From: an uncultured delta proteobacterium | GTDB lineage: Bacteria; Desulfobacterota; Binatia; Binatales; Binataceae | Direction of reading: 5' to 3' | Assembly: GCA_963808235.1 (NCBI GenBank) | Contig: CAWEEQ010000004.1 | Span: 2,848,001-2,912,000 of the forward strand | Length of the DNA stretch: 64,000 bases | Part shown: one piece after another, positions 37,904 to 47,389 of the stretch | Numbering within the stretch: position 1 is the first letter of the stretch | Layout: every line of letters begins with the position of its first letter | The notes under the pieces: generated by a model | The model's database searches: none | The model's input: only the letters and a program-made list of their open reading frames with translations | Told to the model about the DNA's origin: nothing | Made by a program: the position numbers and the translations under genes

Positions 37904-38331
37904 TCACGGCATCTGATCGCCATTTCGCTGTCTCGTTCATGAAAAACGGATATCTCCTGTTCTTCATCAGTTTGTGGATCATCTCGACGGCGGCCGTCAT
38001 CGCGGCCTTCCGCTACGGGTTAGTGCTAGCGGCTGGCCGATTACCCTGGCTGCTCCCTGCGCTGGCTGTTGCACTTTTGTCGTTCGCCGCGTTTTGTGCG
38101 AAACAGTACACATCTGGTGGCGGGGCTTCCATACAACGACGCCTTTCTCTGTCTTTGGCGATTGGCAACGGCGCCTTAGGTCTATCTGTACTGGCAGTAG
38201 TCCTATGCGATCCGCCTACATCGCAAATGATGAAATGGGGACTGCCGAGTCTCGTCATATTCAGCTTCATCCTATTTAAAGGGCTTGTACTATGGAGCGC
38301 ATACGCGAAGGAGGACAAGAGTCCGCTGTAG
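37900..38331 (+). CDS. Hypothetical 4-TM membrane protein
   Basis: Four hydrophobic segments, visibly lower GC, GTGA overlap with fur. Confidence 0.55.
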   Translation: MITASDRHFAVSFMKNGYLLFFISLWIISTAAVIAAFRYGLVLAAGRLPWLLPALAVALLSFAAFCAKQYTSGGGASIQRRLSLSLAIGNGALGLSVLAVVLCDPPTSQMMKWGLPSLVIFSFILFKGLVLWSAYAKEDKSPL

Positions 38332-38404
38332 CCATTCGCCTACCGCCGTTCGGTTCCGCATCCTGATCTTGGACTTCCCGCGCATCTGGTTCTAGGATAC
38401 GGCG

Positions 38405-39687
38405 ATGGACAAAACGCGCAGGATGCTCGAAGGATACCGGGTTCTCGATTTCACCCATTTTGTGGCGGGGCCGACCTGCACCCGGATCATGGGCGAGATG
38501 GGCGCCGACGTGATCAAGATCGAGCGGAGCAGCGGCGGCGATCACGTGCGCCATCTCGGGCTGGTCCGCGACGGAATGAGCACGTACTACTTCCAGCACA
38601 ATCATTCGAAGCGAAGCCTCGCGCTCGATGTGCAGAATCCTCGCGCGCGCGAACTTATTCTTGCGATGATTCCGAAAATCGACGTGGTGGTGGAAAATTT
38701 CGCGCCGGGCGTGATCGCGGCGTTGGGTTTTGGCTACGAGGTGCTTCGCAAAATCAATCCGCGGATCATCATGTGCTCGATTTCGGTCGCCGGGCAGAGC
38801 GGACCGCTGCGAGACAAGCCGGGCTACGACTACCTGGGAGCGGTCGCTGGCGGGAGTGATCGATCTGATTGGCGAGCCGGACCGCGCGCCGTCGGTGCCG
38901 GCGCTGGCGATCGGCGACGTATCGACGGGAGTTGCGGCCGCGATGGCGGTGGGATTTGCGCTGCTCAATCGCGAGCGCACCGGCGAGGGGCAGTATATCG
39001 ACGCGTCGCTGCTCGACACTTATTTTCACATGCAGGAACTGGCGGTGCCGGTCATCTCGCTGCGGCCGGGCAAGTTCTCGATGACGCGCGCGGGCTCGTC
39101 GCATCCGACCGGCGGCCCGTGCGGCGTGTTCAAGGCGAGCCGACGGCTACGTGTTCCTGGTGGTGCAGCAGCATGAGATGGCGCGACTGTGGCGCGCGAT
39201 GAAGCGTCCCGATCTGGCCGAGGACCCGCGCTTCAAGACCAATCGCGATCGAATTAAAAACAATGTCGAGTTCAAGCGCATCTTCGAGGAGTGGCTCGGG
39301 ACGTTTCCCGATCGCGAGGCGGCGATCGCGGTGCTCGACGCCGAGCGGGTGCCGTGCGCGCCGGTCTACAAGGTGGCGGAGACGATGGCGCATCCGCATA
39401 TGCGCGCGCGCAAAACAGTGCGCCGGGTGAAGGACGCCGCGATGGGCGAATTCGATATCCCCGGGATGCCGGTGAAATTTTCCACGTGGCCGGATCGGAC
39501 CGACGTGAAGGCCTCGCGGGTGGGCGCGGACAACGACGCGATACTGAGCGAAGTACTCGGGCTGACGGCGGCGGAGATTGCGGATTTGTATCGGGAGAAG
39601 GTGCTGATCGCGGCGCCGGCGGTCGAGCCGAAACCGGAGGCCTCGGCAAGGCCGGAGGTCGTGCCAAAACCGGAGGTCGTGCGATGA
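38405..39687 (+). CDS. CoA-transferase family III (CaiB/BaiF) with two frameshifts
   Basis: RVLDFTHFVAGP, GADVIKIE, DVVVENFAPG. Continues in two further frames after extra bases near 38842 and 39141. Confidence 0.85.
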
Positions 39688-40051
39688 TCAAATCGCGCGG
39701 ATTGCATCATATAAATCTCAACGTCAGCGACATCGCGCGCTCGCTCAAATTTTACCAGGAGGCGTTCGGGCTCGAGGTGGAATTCTGGGAAGGCAAGACG
39801 ATGGTGTTTCTTCATTCGGCGGGCGCGACGGACACGATCACATTGTGCCAGGCGAAGTTGGAGAGCCGGTCGCGGGCGGCGGCGTTTCGCACTTCGGATT
39901 CTCGCTCACCAAGGGCGGTCTCGACGAAGCGGTGGTCCAGGTCGAACACGCGGGCGGCAAACTGCTCAGCCGCGGAAAGCATGGCGGACAGTTTCCCTAC
40001 GCATACATCAGCGATCCGGACGGCTACGTGATCGAGCTCGGCAACTCGTGA
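39684..40051 (+). CDS. VOC family protein with one frameshift near 39855
   Basis: GLHHINLNVSD...FY then, in another frame, VSHFGF...YISDPDGYVIEL. Confidence 0.82.
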
Positions 40052-40085
40052 AACTGTGAAACTGTGAAACGGTGAAAAGTGAAAC
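40048..40085 (+). repeat. Short tandem repeat (GTGAAACN)x5
   Basis: gtgaaact gtgaaact gtgaaacg gtgaaaa gtgaaac. Confidence 0.9.
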
Positions 40086-40366
40086 ACGCGGGACCGGATG
40101 CGCTCGATCGGCTGGAGCCGATACTGCGCGAGATCAGAAAGCTCGAGGGACTTACAGAAGAGAAACGCGGGACGTTCTACTGTCGCGGGAACGCGATGCT
40201 GCATTTCCATGAAGATCCAGCGGGATTCTTCGCCGATCTCAAGGTCGACGGAGAATTCGTGCGCCTGGCGGTGAATAGTAAACGGGAAGTGGCGGCGTTT
40301 TTGCGTGGCGCGGCCGACGCGCTCAGGAATGTCGCGGCGGGCCGTCGTCAGAAGAGCGACGCTTAG
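40079..40366 (+). CDS. Small hypothetical protein
   Basis: MKHAGPDALDRLEP...GTFY...LHFHEDPAG, protein-like composition. Confidence 0.75.
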   Translation: MKHAGPDALDRLEPILREIRKLEGLTEEKRGTFYCRGNAMLHFHEDPAGFFADLKVDGEFVRLAVNSKREVAAFLRGAADALRNVAAGRRQKSDA

Positions 40367-40574
40367 GCGGACCGATGTTGCGCGCGGCCGGCGGGACCGA
40401 CTCGGGGCCGGCGCGATGACGGAACTTCATGTCGTCGCCGCAATATGGGCAATTCACGTCGTTGTATTTCACAATTCGTCCGCAGTAGGGGCATTTGTAG
40501 CGGCGGCTCGCGACCCAGTAGAAGGCGGCTGCCGTCAGCGCGACCATCAGCAAGCCGATAATTGTCTGATACAC
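40323..40574 (-). CDS. Small membrane-anchored zinc-ribbon protein
   Basis: N-terminal TM then CPYCG...CPYCG; AGGAG RBS upstream of GTG 40574. Confidence 0.75.
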   Translation of the reverse strand: MYQTIIGLLMVALTAAAFYWVASRRYKCPYCGRIVKYNDVNCPYCGDDMKFRHRAGPESVPPAARNIGPPKRRSSDDGPPRHS

Positions 40575-40600
40575 GAGAATCGGCTCCTGGAGCGGGCGCG

Positions 40601-41023
40601 CTACGCCAGACCTTTTTTGAGCGCGTCCTCGAGCGCGCCGATATTGACGCGATGCCCCTCGGCCATCACGGTCAGAAACGCGCTCAGATGCGGGTCGCGA
40701 ACGGTCGCAGCATTTTCCTCGATTTTGCGGATCACCCATCGTTGTCCGCGATTGAGCAGATCGAGCCGGCCGCGAAAATCGGCAACGGCGCGAACTTTCT
40801 CCACGAAGTCTCCCGTTTTGGTCGACGGAGTACCGCCGAGGCGGCGCACGTGCGCGGCGAGCTCGCCGGCGTAGTAGCCCTCGTCGTGACCGACCTTCTT
40901 GAGCATCTCGCGGAGTTCAAGCGAGCTCGCCTGCTCGGTGAGCTCGTGCAGGATGCGGCCGCCGGCGCGCTCGGCCTCGCCGAGCAAGTTGAGGAATCCT
41001 TCGATTTGCGAATCCATCGTCAC
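40601..41023 (-). CDS. Ferritin-like four-helix protein (DUF6306-like)
   Basis: LNLLGEAERAG, DE, TGDFVEK, LNRGQRWV, H..NI. Confidence 0.75.
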   Translation of the reverse strand: MTMDSQIEGFLNLLGEAERAGGRILHELTEQASSLELREMLKKVGHDEGYYAGELAAHVRRLGGTPSTKTGDFVEKVRAVADFRGRLDLLNRGQRWVIRKIEENAATVRDPHLSAFLTVMAEGHRVNIGALEDALKKGLA

Positions 41024-41061
41024 TAACCTCAGAACATTTGCTCTCTCGCGCCCCTTGCCTA

Positions 41062-42810
41062 TCAGAGCATCGGCACCACCGGGCAGTAGGCGGCGCTGAT
41101 CATGCCGTGACCGGTTAGTGCGGCGCGAATCAGGGCGATAACCGGCTCGACAATTCGGGCTGACGGCGTCTCGGTCATCGCGGCGGCCAACTGGCCGCTG
41201 AGCAACGTTTTCAGGAGTCCCGGCTGCTCCGGCAATTCGACGATTCCAACCTGCTGATCGGGCCCGAGGCGCGCGAGCGCCCTGGTCGCCGCCATCGCGT
41301 CGTCGAAGCCGCCGAGCGAGTCGACCAACTTATTTTTCAGCGCCTGCTCGCCGGTCCAGACCCGTCCCTGCGCAACCGCGTCGGCCTGCTGAACGCTGAG
41401 GTGACGGCTGGCCGCGACCAATTTGAGGAAGTACGCGTAGGTATCGCCAAGAATCTGATCGTGGAACATCTTTGATTGCGCGGGAGTGAAGTCGGTCCAC
41501 ATGTCGAACATCTCGACGTTGGCGCCGCGGGTCACGGCGCCGGAGTTCACGAATATTTTCTGGGTCGCGGGCGAGACGTTGAATTTGCCGCCCAGCACTC
41601 CGATCGAACCGGTGATCGTACCGGGCTCGGCGATGATCCTAGCCGCCGGCGTCGATACCCAGTATCCGCCCGATGCGCCGTAGCCCGACATGCTGACGAC
41701 CACTGGCTTGGTTTTCGCGGTAAGCTCGACCTCGCGGCGGATAAGTTCCGATGCGATTACCGATCCTCCGGGTGAATTGACCCTGAAGATTACGCCGCGA
41801 ACGGAGTCGTTCTCACGGGCGGATTTGAACGCCTCGACCATGTCGTCGGAGGTCATCGCGGCGCTGCCCGGCGTCGAGAAGGGGTTGAGGCCCTCGCTGC
41901 CGCGCTGGATCGCGCCGTCGCCATAGATCACGGCGATCTGGTTTTGCGCGCCGCCGATAGAGCTGAACAGGCTCGCGCGCGCGTAGTTGGAATAGTCTAC
42001 GATCGCATGATTGGTGCCGCCATGATCTTTCACGCGGTCGTCGAATTGATCTTCGTACTCGAGGCGATCGACCAGATGGGCCTCGAGCCCGGCCTCGGCG
42101 TTGAGCGGCGCCTGATCGATCAGAGTCTTCACCGTGTCGGGATTCAGGCGGCGCTCGGCCGCGGTGGTGGCGACGATTTGATCGTACATGCTGCCGACCA
42201 GCTCTTCGTCTTCTTGCTTTTGCGGGGCCGTAAAGTCCTTGTTGGTGAACATGTTGGCCGCGCTCTTGTATTGGCCCATCGAGGCGAAGTTGGGCGTGAT
42301 TCCGAGCCAGTCCAGGGTGCCGCGGGTGAACAACTCGCGCACGCCGACTCCGACCAGATTGAGTTCGCCCTGCGGCATCAGCGAGACCTCATCGGCGGCG
42401 CTCGCGACGATGTACGACAGGTTGCCGGGATCGGATTCGCCGGCGGTCTCGATATAGGCGGTGGTCCATTTGCCGTGACTCTTGAAGGACTTGATCAGCG
42501 CGGCAATTTCCTGCGCCTGCGCCAATTCCATCGCGGGATCGATCACCTTTATTTCCATGCCCACGATATGCGGGTCTTTCGCGCCCCGGTTGATCGCCCA
42601 GCGGAGCAGGTTGAGCGGCGTCTGGTGAGTATTCAGGATGCCGAGAACTCCGGCGCCGCCGCGCTCGACGGTCTGTCCTTTAAGCTCGACGTTAAGGACC
42701 GAGTCGGGCTGGATGCGATGCGAGATCTGATCGGAGATAACGGCAATCAGCAGCAGTACGACGAGCACGATCACGGCTCGGAAAATCCATCGAAAAAGCC
42801 TTCTCAGCAT
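41062..42810 (-). CDS. sppA: Signal peptide peptidase SppA, 67K type
   Basis: GQYKSA, RVNSPGGS, ASGGYW, GSIGV, QGRVWTG. Confidence 0.95.
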   Translation of the reverse strand: MLRRLFRWIFRAVIVLVVLLLIAVISDQISHRIQPDSVLNVELKGQTVERGGAGVLGILNTHQTPLNLLRWAINRGAKDPHIVGMEIKVIDPAMELAQAQEIAALIKSFKSHGKWTTAYIETAGESDPGNLSYIVASAADEVSLMPQGELNLVGVGVRELFTRGTLDWLGITPNFASMGQYKSAANMFTNKDFTAPQKQEDEELVGSMYDQIVATTAAERRLNPDTVKTLIDQAPLNAEAGLEAHLVDRLEYEDQFDDRVKDHGGTNHAIVDYSNYARASLFSSIGGAQNQIAVIYGDGAIQRGSEGLNPFSTPGSAAMTSDDMVEAFKSARENDSVRGVIFRVNSPGGSVIASELIRREVELTAKTKPVVVSMSGYGASGGYWVSTPAARIIAEPGTITGSIGVLGGKFNVSPATQKIFVNSGAVTRGANVEMFDMWTDFTPAQSKMFHDQILGDTYAYFLKLVAASRHLSVQQADAVAQGRVWTGEQALKNKLVDSLGGFDDAMAATRALARLGPDQQVGIVELPEQPGLLKTLLSGQLAAAMTETPSARIVEPVIALIRAALTGHGMISAAYCPVVPML

Positions 42811-42915
42811 TCACTCCTCCAGGGGGGTTGCCAGTGGATAATGCGGTGCGCGACCCAGGTTCGATTCGTATTATCTTGACAGCCACGAGCCGCTTACCCA
42901 ACCATAGCCGATTCC

Positions 42916-44200
42916 ATGGAACCAGTCGCCAAATCGCAACCATCGAGGCAGCGCACTGCCGACGCCGGCGATGCGATGCTGATGAACGAGCGGGAGCCGG
43001 GCGCGATTCATGCGCGAATCGTCGCGCTCGCTTTCGCGGCATGGATCTTCGACTTTTACGATCTGATCCTTTATTCATTCCTGCTCGTTCCGGTCGCGCG
43101 CGAACTGCATTTGACGCGGGCGGAGTCGTCGCTTGCCCTGGGAACATCGCTTCTTGATGACGGCGCTCGGCGGAATAATTTTCGGCTTCATGGGCGATCG
43201 CTTCGGGCGCAAGCCGATGATCGCAATCACGGTCGCAATCTACGGCGTCGGCACCGCGCTGTGCGGCTTCAGTCACAATCTGGCTGAGCTCATCGTGTTT
43301 CGATCGATCACCGGGCTCGGAATGGGCGGCGGATGGGCGCCCGGGCAAAGTCTCGTCGCGGAGAGCGTGCCCGCGGATCGGCGCGCGCGATACGCAGCCT
43401 ACGTGCAGACCGGCGCTCCGCTAGGAGTGCTGCTCGCGGCGGCGGCGGGCGGCTATCTCGCGCCGCAAATCGGATGGCGCGCGACGTTCATGATTTCCGC
43501 GCTGCCCGCGCTGTTCGTGGTGGCCGCGGTGCTCAGGTGGATGCCGGAGAGCGATGTGTGGAAGCGCACTCGCGCCGGTAATCGTCGCGGCGTCGACGTG
43601 AGCGCGATTCTCGCGCATCGGCGAATCTTCGCGCTGCTATTCGTGATCGTACTACTCAACTCGGAAGCGTACTGGTTCACCTACACGTGGATGCCCGGAT
43701 ACCTGGAGCTGAAACGCGGACTCACCGCATCCGCCGCGAGCCGGCTGATGATCAAGATGCAAATCGGCGGAGTGCTCGGCTACCTGACCTTCGGCCTGGT
43801 CGCCGATCGAATCGGGCGGCGCCCGGCTTTTTGCATATATGGATTGCTGATGGCGGCGGGCACGATTCCCTCGACGATATTGTGGGACTGGGCGGTAATG
43901 GCACCGGGCATGGTCTCGGCTGCGATGGTCGCCGCGGGATTCGGCACCGGCATCTGGTCGGGCGTCGCGCCGATGATCTCCGAGATGATGCCGACGCGGA
44001 TTCGCAACACGTCGCTCGGGCTGCTGCTGAACGTGACCCGCGGTTTCCAATTCTTCACCCCGATCCTGATCACCGTGCTGAGCACGCGCCTGGGTTTCGG
44101 CGCGACGCTGTCGCTCGGCGCGATCTTCTCGACCCTAGGCGCCGCGATGGTCTGGCTGCTCCCCGAAACGCGCGGCACGTCGATCACCGCGATGGATTGA
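42916..44200 (+). CDS. MFS transporter with one frameshift near 43154
   Basis: WIFDFYD in the first frame, then GFMGDRFGRK, GLGMGG, LPETRG in the next. Start may be 42976. Confidence 0.85.
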
Positions 44201-44398
44201 CGGTTACCGCGAAAGTGCGGCAGGTTCCGGGGCTGTCCTGCTGAAATCTGCGGGTCTGCGGTAGAGATTCAGACTCGACTGCTTGCGGGGGGCGCGGGGG
44301 TTGGGCTATGCGTACGTTGGTCCGTGGATCAGAAAACGGGAATCCCGGCAAACAAAAATCCGGGATCGATTGCAATCGGCGAGAGGTAGAATCCTCCA

Positions 44399-45157
44399 GT
44401 GCCAAACCGTCACCGACATAATGGATTCATTGGCGCGGCCGTGTTTCTAATGGCCGTCTGTGCGATGGCCGGTGCGAGCATGGCCCGAGCGCAGAGCGCC
44501 GCCGGTACCGTCTCCAGCGCAAGCGGTGGGATTCAGATCCAGCGCGGCACCGCGATCCTTGCTGCCAAGCCGGGTATGCCGGTCAACCAGGGCGACAGGA
44601 TCGGTTCCGGCGTGGAGGGCATCGCCCTCATCACCCTTAGCGATGGGAGCCAGCTGGAACTCAGACCTTCAACCGTTATCACGCTCGACCGGTATACCAG
44701 CGGTGGCCCCACGCCGACGCGGGTCGAGCTGACTGCCGGAGTATTGAAATCAGCAGTAAGGAAGACCGGCGGAGCACCTGCCGACTACCAAGTGCATACG
44801 CCCAACGCGATCGTGACAGCGCGCGGCACGGTCTTTTACACCTCCTACACTTCAAGTTCGCCTCAACTCGGCAACCTCCCCGGAGTCTCCCACTACACGG
44901 AAGTGGCCGTACTCGATGGCACTGTCAACCTGGCGCAGGCTGCAGCGCCTGACAGCGGCGTTGAAGTGGCGCAAGGAACGACGGGGACGGTGGCGGGTGG
45001 CAATGCGCCAGAGGGACACAAACGAAAATTTCCGACGTGCTCCTCGCCGCCTACTTCAGTCGATCAGTGCAAAGATGGCGGCTGGCGGAATTTCGGTAGT
45101 TGTGAGTTCAAGAACCAGGGCCAGTGCGTCAGTTTTGTCCGGCACGAACAACACTGA
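44399..45157 (+). CDS. Secreted FecR-domain protein with C-terminal CKxGGW...FKNQGxCVS module
   Basis: Signal peptide, GDRI, LSDGSQLEL, TPNAIVTARGT, VAVLDGTV. Confidence 0.82.
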   Translation: MPNRHRHNGFIGAAVFLMAVCAMAGASMARAQSAAGTVSSASGGIQIQRGTAILAAKPGMPVNQGDRIGSGVEGIALITLSDGSQLELRPSTVITLDRYTSGGPTPTRVELTAGVLKSAVRKTGGAPADYQVHTPNAIVTARGTVFYTSYTSSSPQLGNLPGVSHYTEVAVLDGTVNLAQAAAPDSGVEVAQGTTGTVAGGNAPEGHKRKFPTCSSPPTSVDQCKDGGWRNFGSCEFKNQGQCVSFVRHEQH

Positions 45158-45257
45158 ATGAACCGCCGGTAATAGAACCTTCTGACTTCGACCTTGGGCC
45201 GGAGACTGACCGTGATAGAGCCGAAACCAACATTTGGCCGCAGAGGAATAGTCACCG

Positions 45258-47366
45258 ATGCACTGGCGCAAGCGAGGCATCTTTCGGGTTGCCGGAATCG
45301 GCATTTTCGGATCGTTGCTGCTGGCGATATGTTGGTCGGTCACAAACGCGCCGCTCGATGTCTCGAACGCGCAAGAAGAATCACCTAATTTCGAAAAGAT
45401 CAGTCAGCGCAAGCGCGCGAGCATCTCGGCGGGCGGGCTTGAAGCTCCGGAAATCGAAAGTAGCCTCGGGGAAAACCTGCTCGTCAATGGCGACTTCTCC
45501 AGGGGGTTGGAGGGTTGGCGCGCATCGGCGCGTTGTTTCCGTCCTGACTCTTCGACTCGCGCCCCCAACGGAAAACCAAGCCTGAAGATCGAGAACCCCG
45601 ACTCGTGTGCGCCGTCCGGGGAGCTGGCGGTGAACGAGTTCGTGGCTCCGCCCGGCGTCTATTCGATCGGGGGAGAGATCAAAACACCGGATCTCACCGA
45701 CCAGAAGAGGCAGGTCGTCGGAGCGCAGATGGACTTGTTCACGGACTGCGAGACAGAATTGGTGAACGGCACGGCCGGCTGGCAAAAGCTCATCGGTAAG
45801 CACTGCATCGTTGCGCCCGGCACCCGTGCCCCCTTCCAGCTCGGAATCAATGGCAAGACATCCGGCGGCACCTGGTTCGCCAACATGTACGTGCGAAGGG
45901 AAATCGCTCCTCTGTTCCGGACTTTCATGTTGTATCCGAACTATCGCGGATACCTCTTTGCCGACCAGGCGCAGGAAGTGCGAGCGGCAGTGACCCTCAA
46001 TCGAGGTCCTGACCTGCGCCGCGAAGATTTGGTCTTTGAGTTCGAAGCGGTCCGCACTGGTTCGGGCGCAAAAACCGATCATACCTACAAGGCGCCCGCT
46101 GATGACTTCACGGCAACGCTGGATTTTCGCCCGCTGCCCGCCGGCGTTTACGAGGTGCGCGGAAAGCTTTTGGGCAAGAATGGAGCGGTACTTTTCGAGC
46201 AGCCGCCCTACCGGGTGGTGAAGGTTAGTTCAGAGGCCACTGCCTTCTTGAAAGCGTGGATTGACGATCGCAATCTCGCGCATTTCGGTGATGGCGGGCC
46301 CCATTTGGTAATTGGAATCTACGACACTTCGAACTATTACAACCTGGCGCAACCATACTCACGCGCGGTCAACGAGATTTCCCAGGCGTCGATCAACATG
46401 ATGATAAATTATTTCATCACCAATGCGCCGATCAGAGCTATCAACGCCTATACGGATGAATTGCAAAAGCACGGCATCTTCTTTTTGCCGACCGTCAATA
46501 ACTTCTATGAGGACGACCGGAACTACCCAAAGGGATTGGCGGCCAAGCTGGACGCCTCGACGGAAACTGATTTCATGGCGCGATATGCCGACGCTCTCGA
46601 AGAGAACCGGGCGGTTGCCGGCTACTATGTCCAGGATGAACCGAAGGTTGACCAGGTCGCGCGCACCTTCCATCAATATCAAGTCATCAAGGCCAACGAT
46701 CCGGGCGGATTCAATTTGACCGTTCTCGACCGTCCGCACGATGTCCAGTTTTGGAAGGATGCGGTGGACGTCGTCGGGGTCGATCCCTATCCGGTGTGGC
46801 TACCCGTCGAAAACTACACTGCTGAAGTGGGCGATTGGACCAGGATGGCGGTGGATGCAGTCCATGCTTCCAGACCGGTCTGGACGGTCATCCAGTTTTT
46901 CCAGGCGGACGCGATATCCTCCTGGCCGACGGAACAGCAACTGCATGATATGAGCTGGATGGCGATCGCGGAGGGCGCAACCGGAGTTTTCTACTGGTCG
47001 CACGGGATGCGTGCGCTCGGGTGGGTGAAGGATCCGGCGGAAAAGGCGGCGCTTTGGGGGACGTTGGTCCGGGTGACCAAAGAGATCAAGGATCTAGAAC
47101 CGGTACTGCTGCGGCCCGATACGCAGGTCCTTAGCGCCAAGCCATCTGAGGACATAGTCACCCGCGAGAAGACCGGTGCGGACGGTGCCCGTTATGTGAT
47201 CGCCTACAATCATAACAGTGGTGCGTCGCAGGCCCAGTTCGTCCTGCAATCTCCCGCGCGATCGGTGACGATCCGGCGCGGAATGGTCAAAATAGAAATC
47301 AAGGATGGCAAGACTTTCGAGGATCAGTTTGACGGCTACGAAGCGAAAGTCTACGAAATCCGCTAG
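45258..47366 (+). CDS. Exported putative glycoside hydrolase (CBM-like + TIM-barrel)
   Basis: N-terminal TM/signal, NLLVNGDFS CBM-like start, GYYVQDEP, VGVDPYP, GATGVFYW. Confidence 0.65.
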   Translation: MHWRKRGIFRVAGIGIFGSLLLAICWSVTNAPLDVSNAQEESPNFEKISQRKRASISAGGLEAPEIESSLGENLLVNGDFSRGLEGWRASARCFRPDSSTRAPNGKPSLKIENPDSCAPSGELAVNEFVAPPGVYSIGGEIKTPDLTDQKRQVVGAQMDLFTDCETELVNGTAGWQKLIGKHCIVAPGTRAPFQLGINGKTSGGTWFANMYVRREIAPLFRTFMLYPNYRGYLFADQAQEVRAAVTLNRGPDLRREDLVFEFEAVRTGSGAKTDHTYKAPADDFTATLDFRPLPAGVYEVRGKLLGKNGAVLFEQPPYRVVKVSSEATAFLKAWIDDRNLAHFGDGGPHLVIGIYDTSNYYNLAQPYSRAVNEISQASINMMINYFITNAPIRAINAYTDELQKHGIFFLPTVNNFYEDDRNYPKGLAAKLDASTETDFMARYADALEENRAVAGYYVQDEPKVDQVARTFHQYQVIKANDPGGFNLTVLDRPHDVQFWKDAVDVVGVDPYPVWLPVENYTAEVGDWTRMAVDAVHASRPVWTVIQFFQADAISSWPTEQQLHDMSWMAIAEGATGVFYWSHGMRALGWVKDPAEKAALWGTLVRVTKEIKDLEPVLLRPDTQVLSAKPSEDIVTREKTGADGARYVIAYNHNSGASQAQFVLQSPARSVTIRRGMVKIEIKDGKTFEDQFDGYEAKVYEIR

Positions 47367-47389
47367 GGTGCTTCATCGCGGCGCTGCCT

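Noticed and set aside
39625-39682. 18-bp tandem repeat at the CoA-transferase C-terminus
   Set aside because: Real but only three degenerate copies encoding a disordered tail; no functional signal.
38830-39860. Programmed ribosomal frameshifting
   Set aside because: No slippery sites or stimulatory structures, and the indels differ in direction.
44223-44240. Weak similarity to the phosphatase 3' end (49201-49220) as an island boundary
   Set aside because: Needs a gap and several mismatches; expected by chance in GC-rich DNA.
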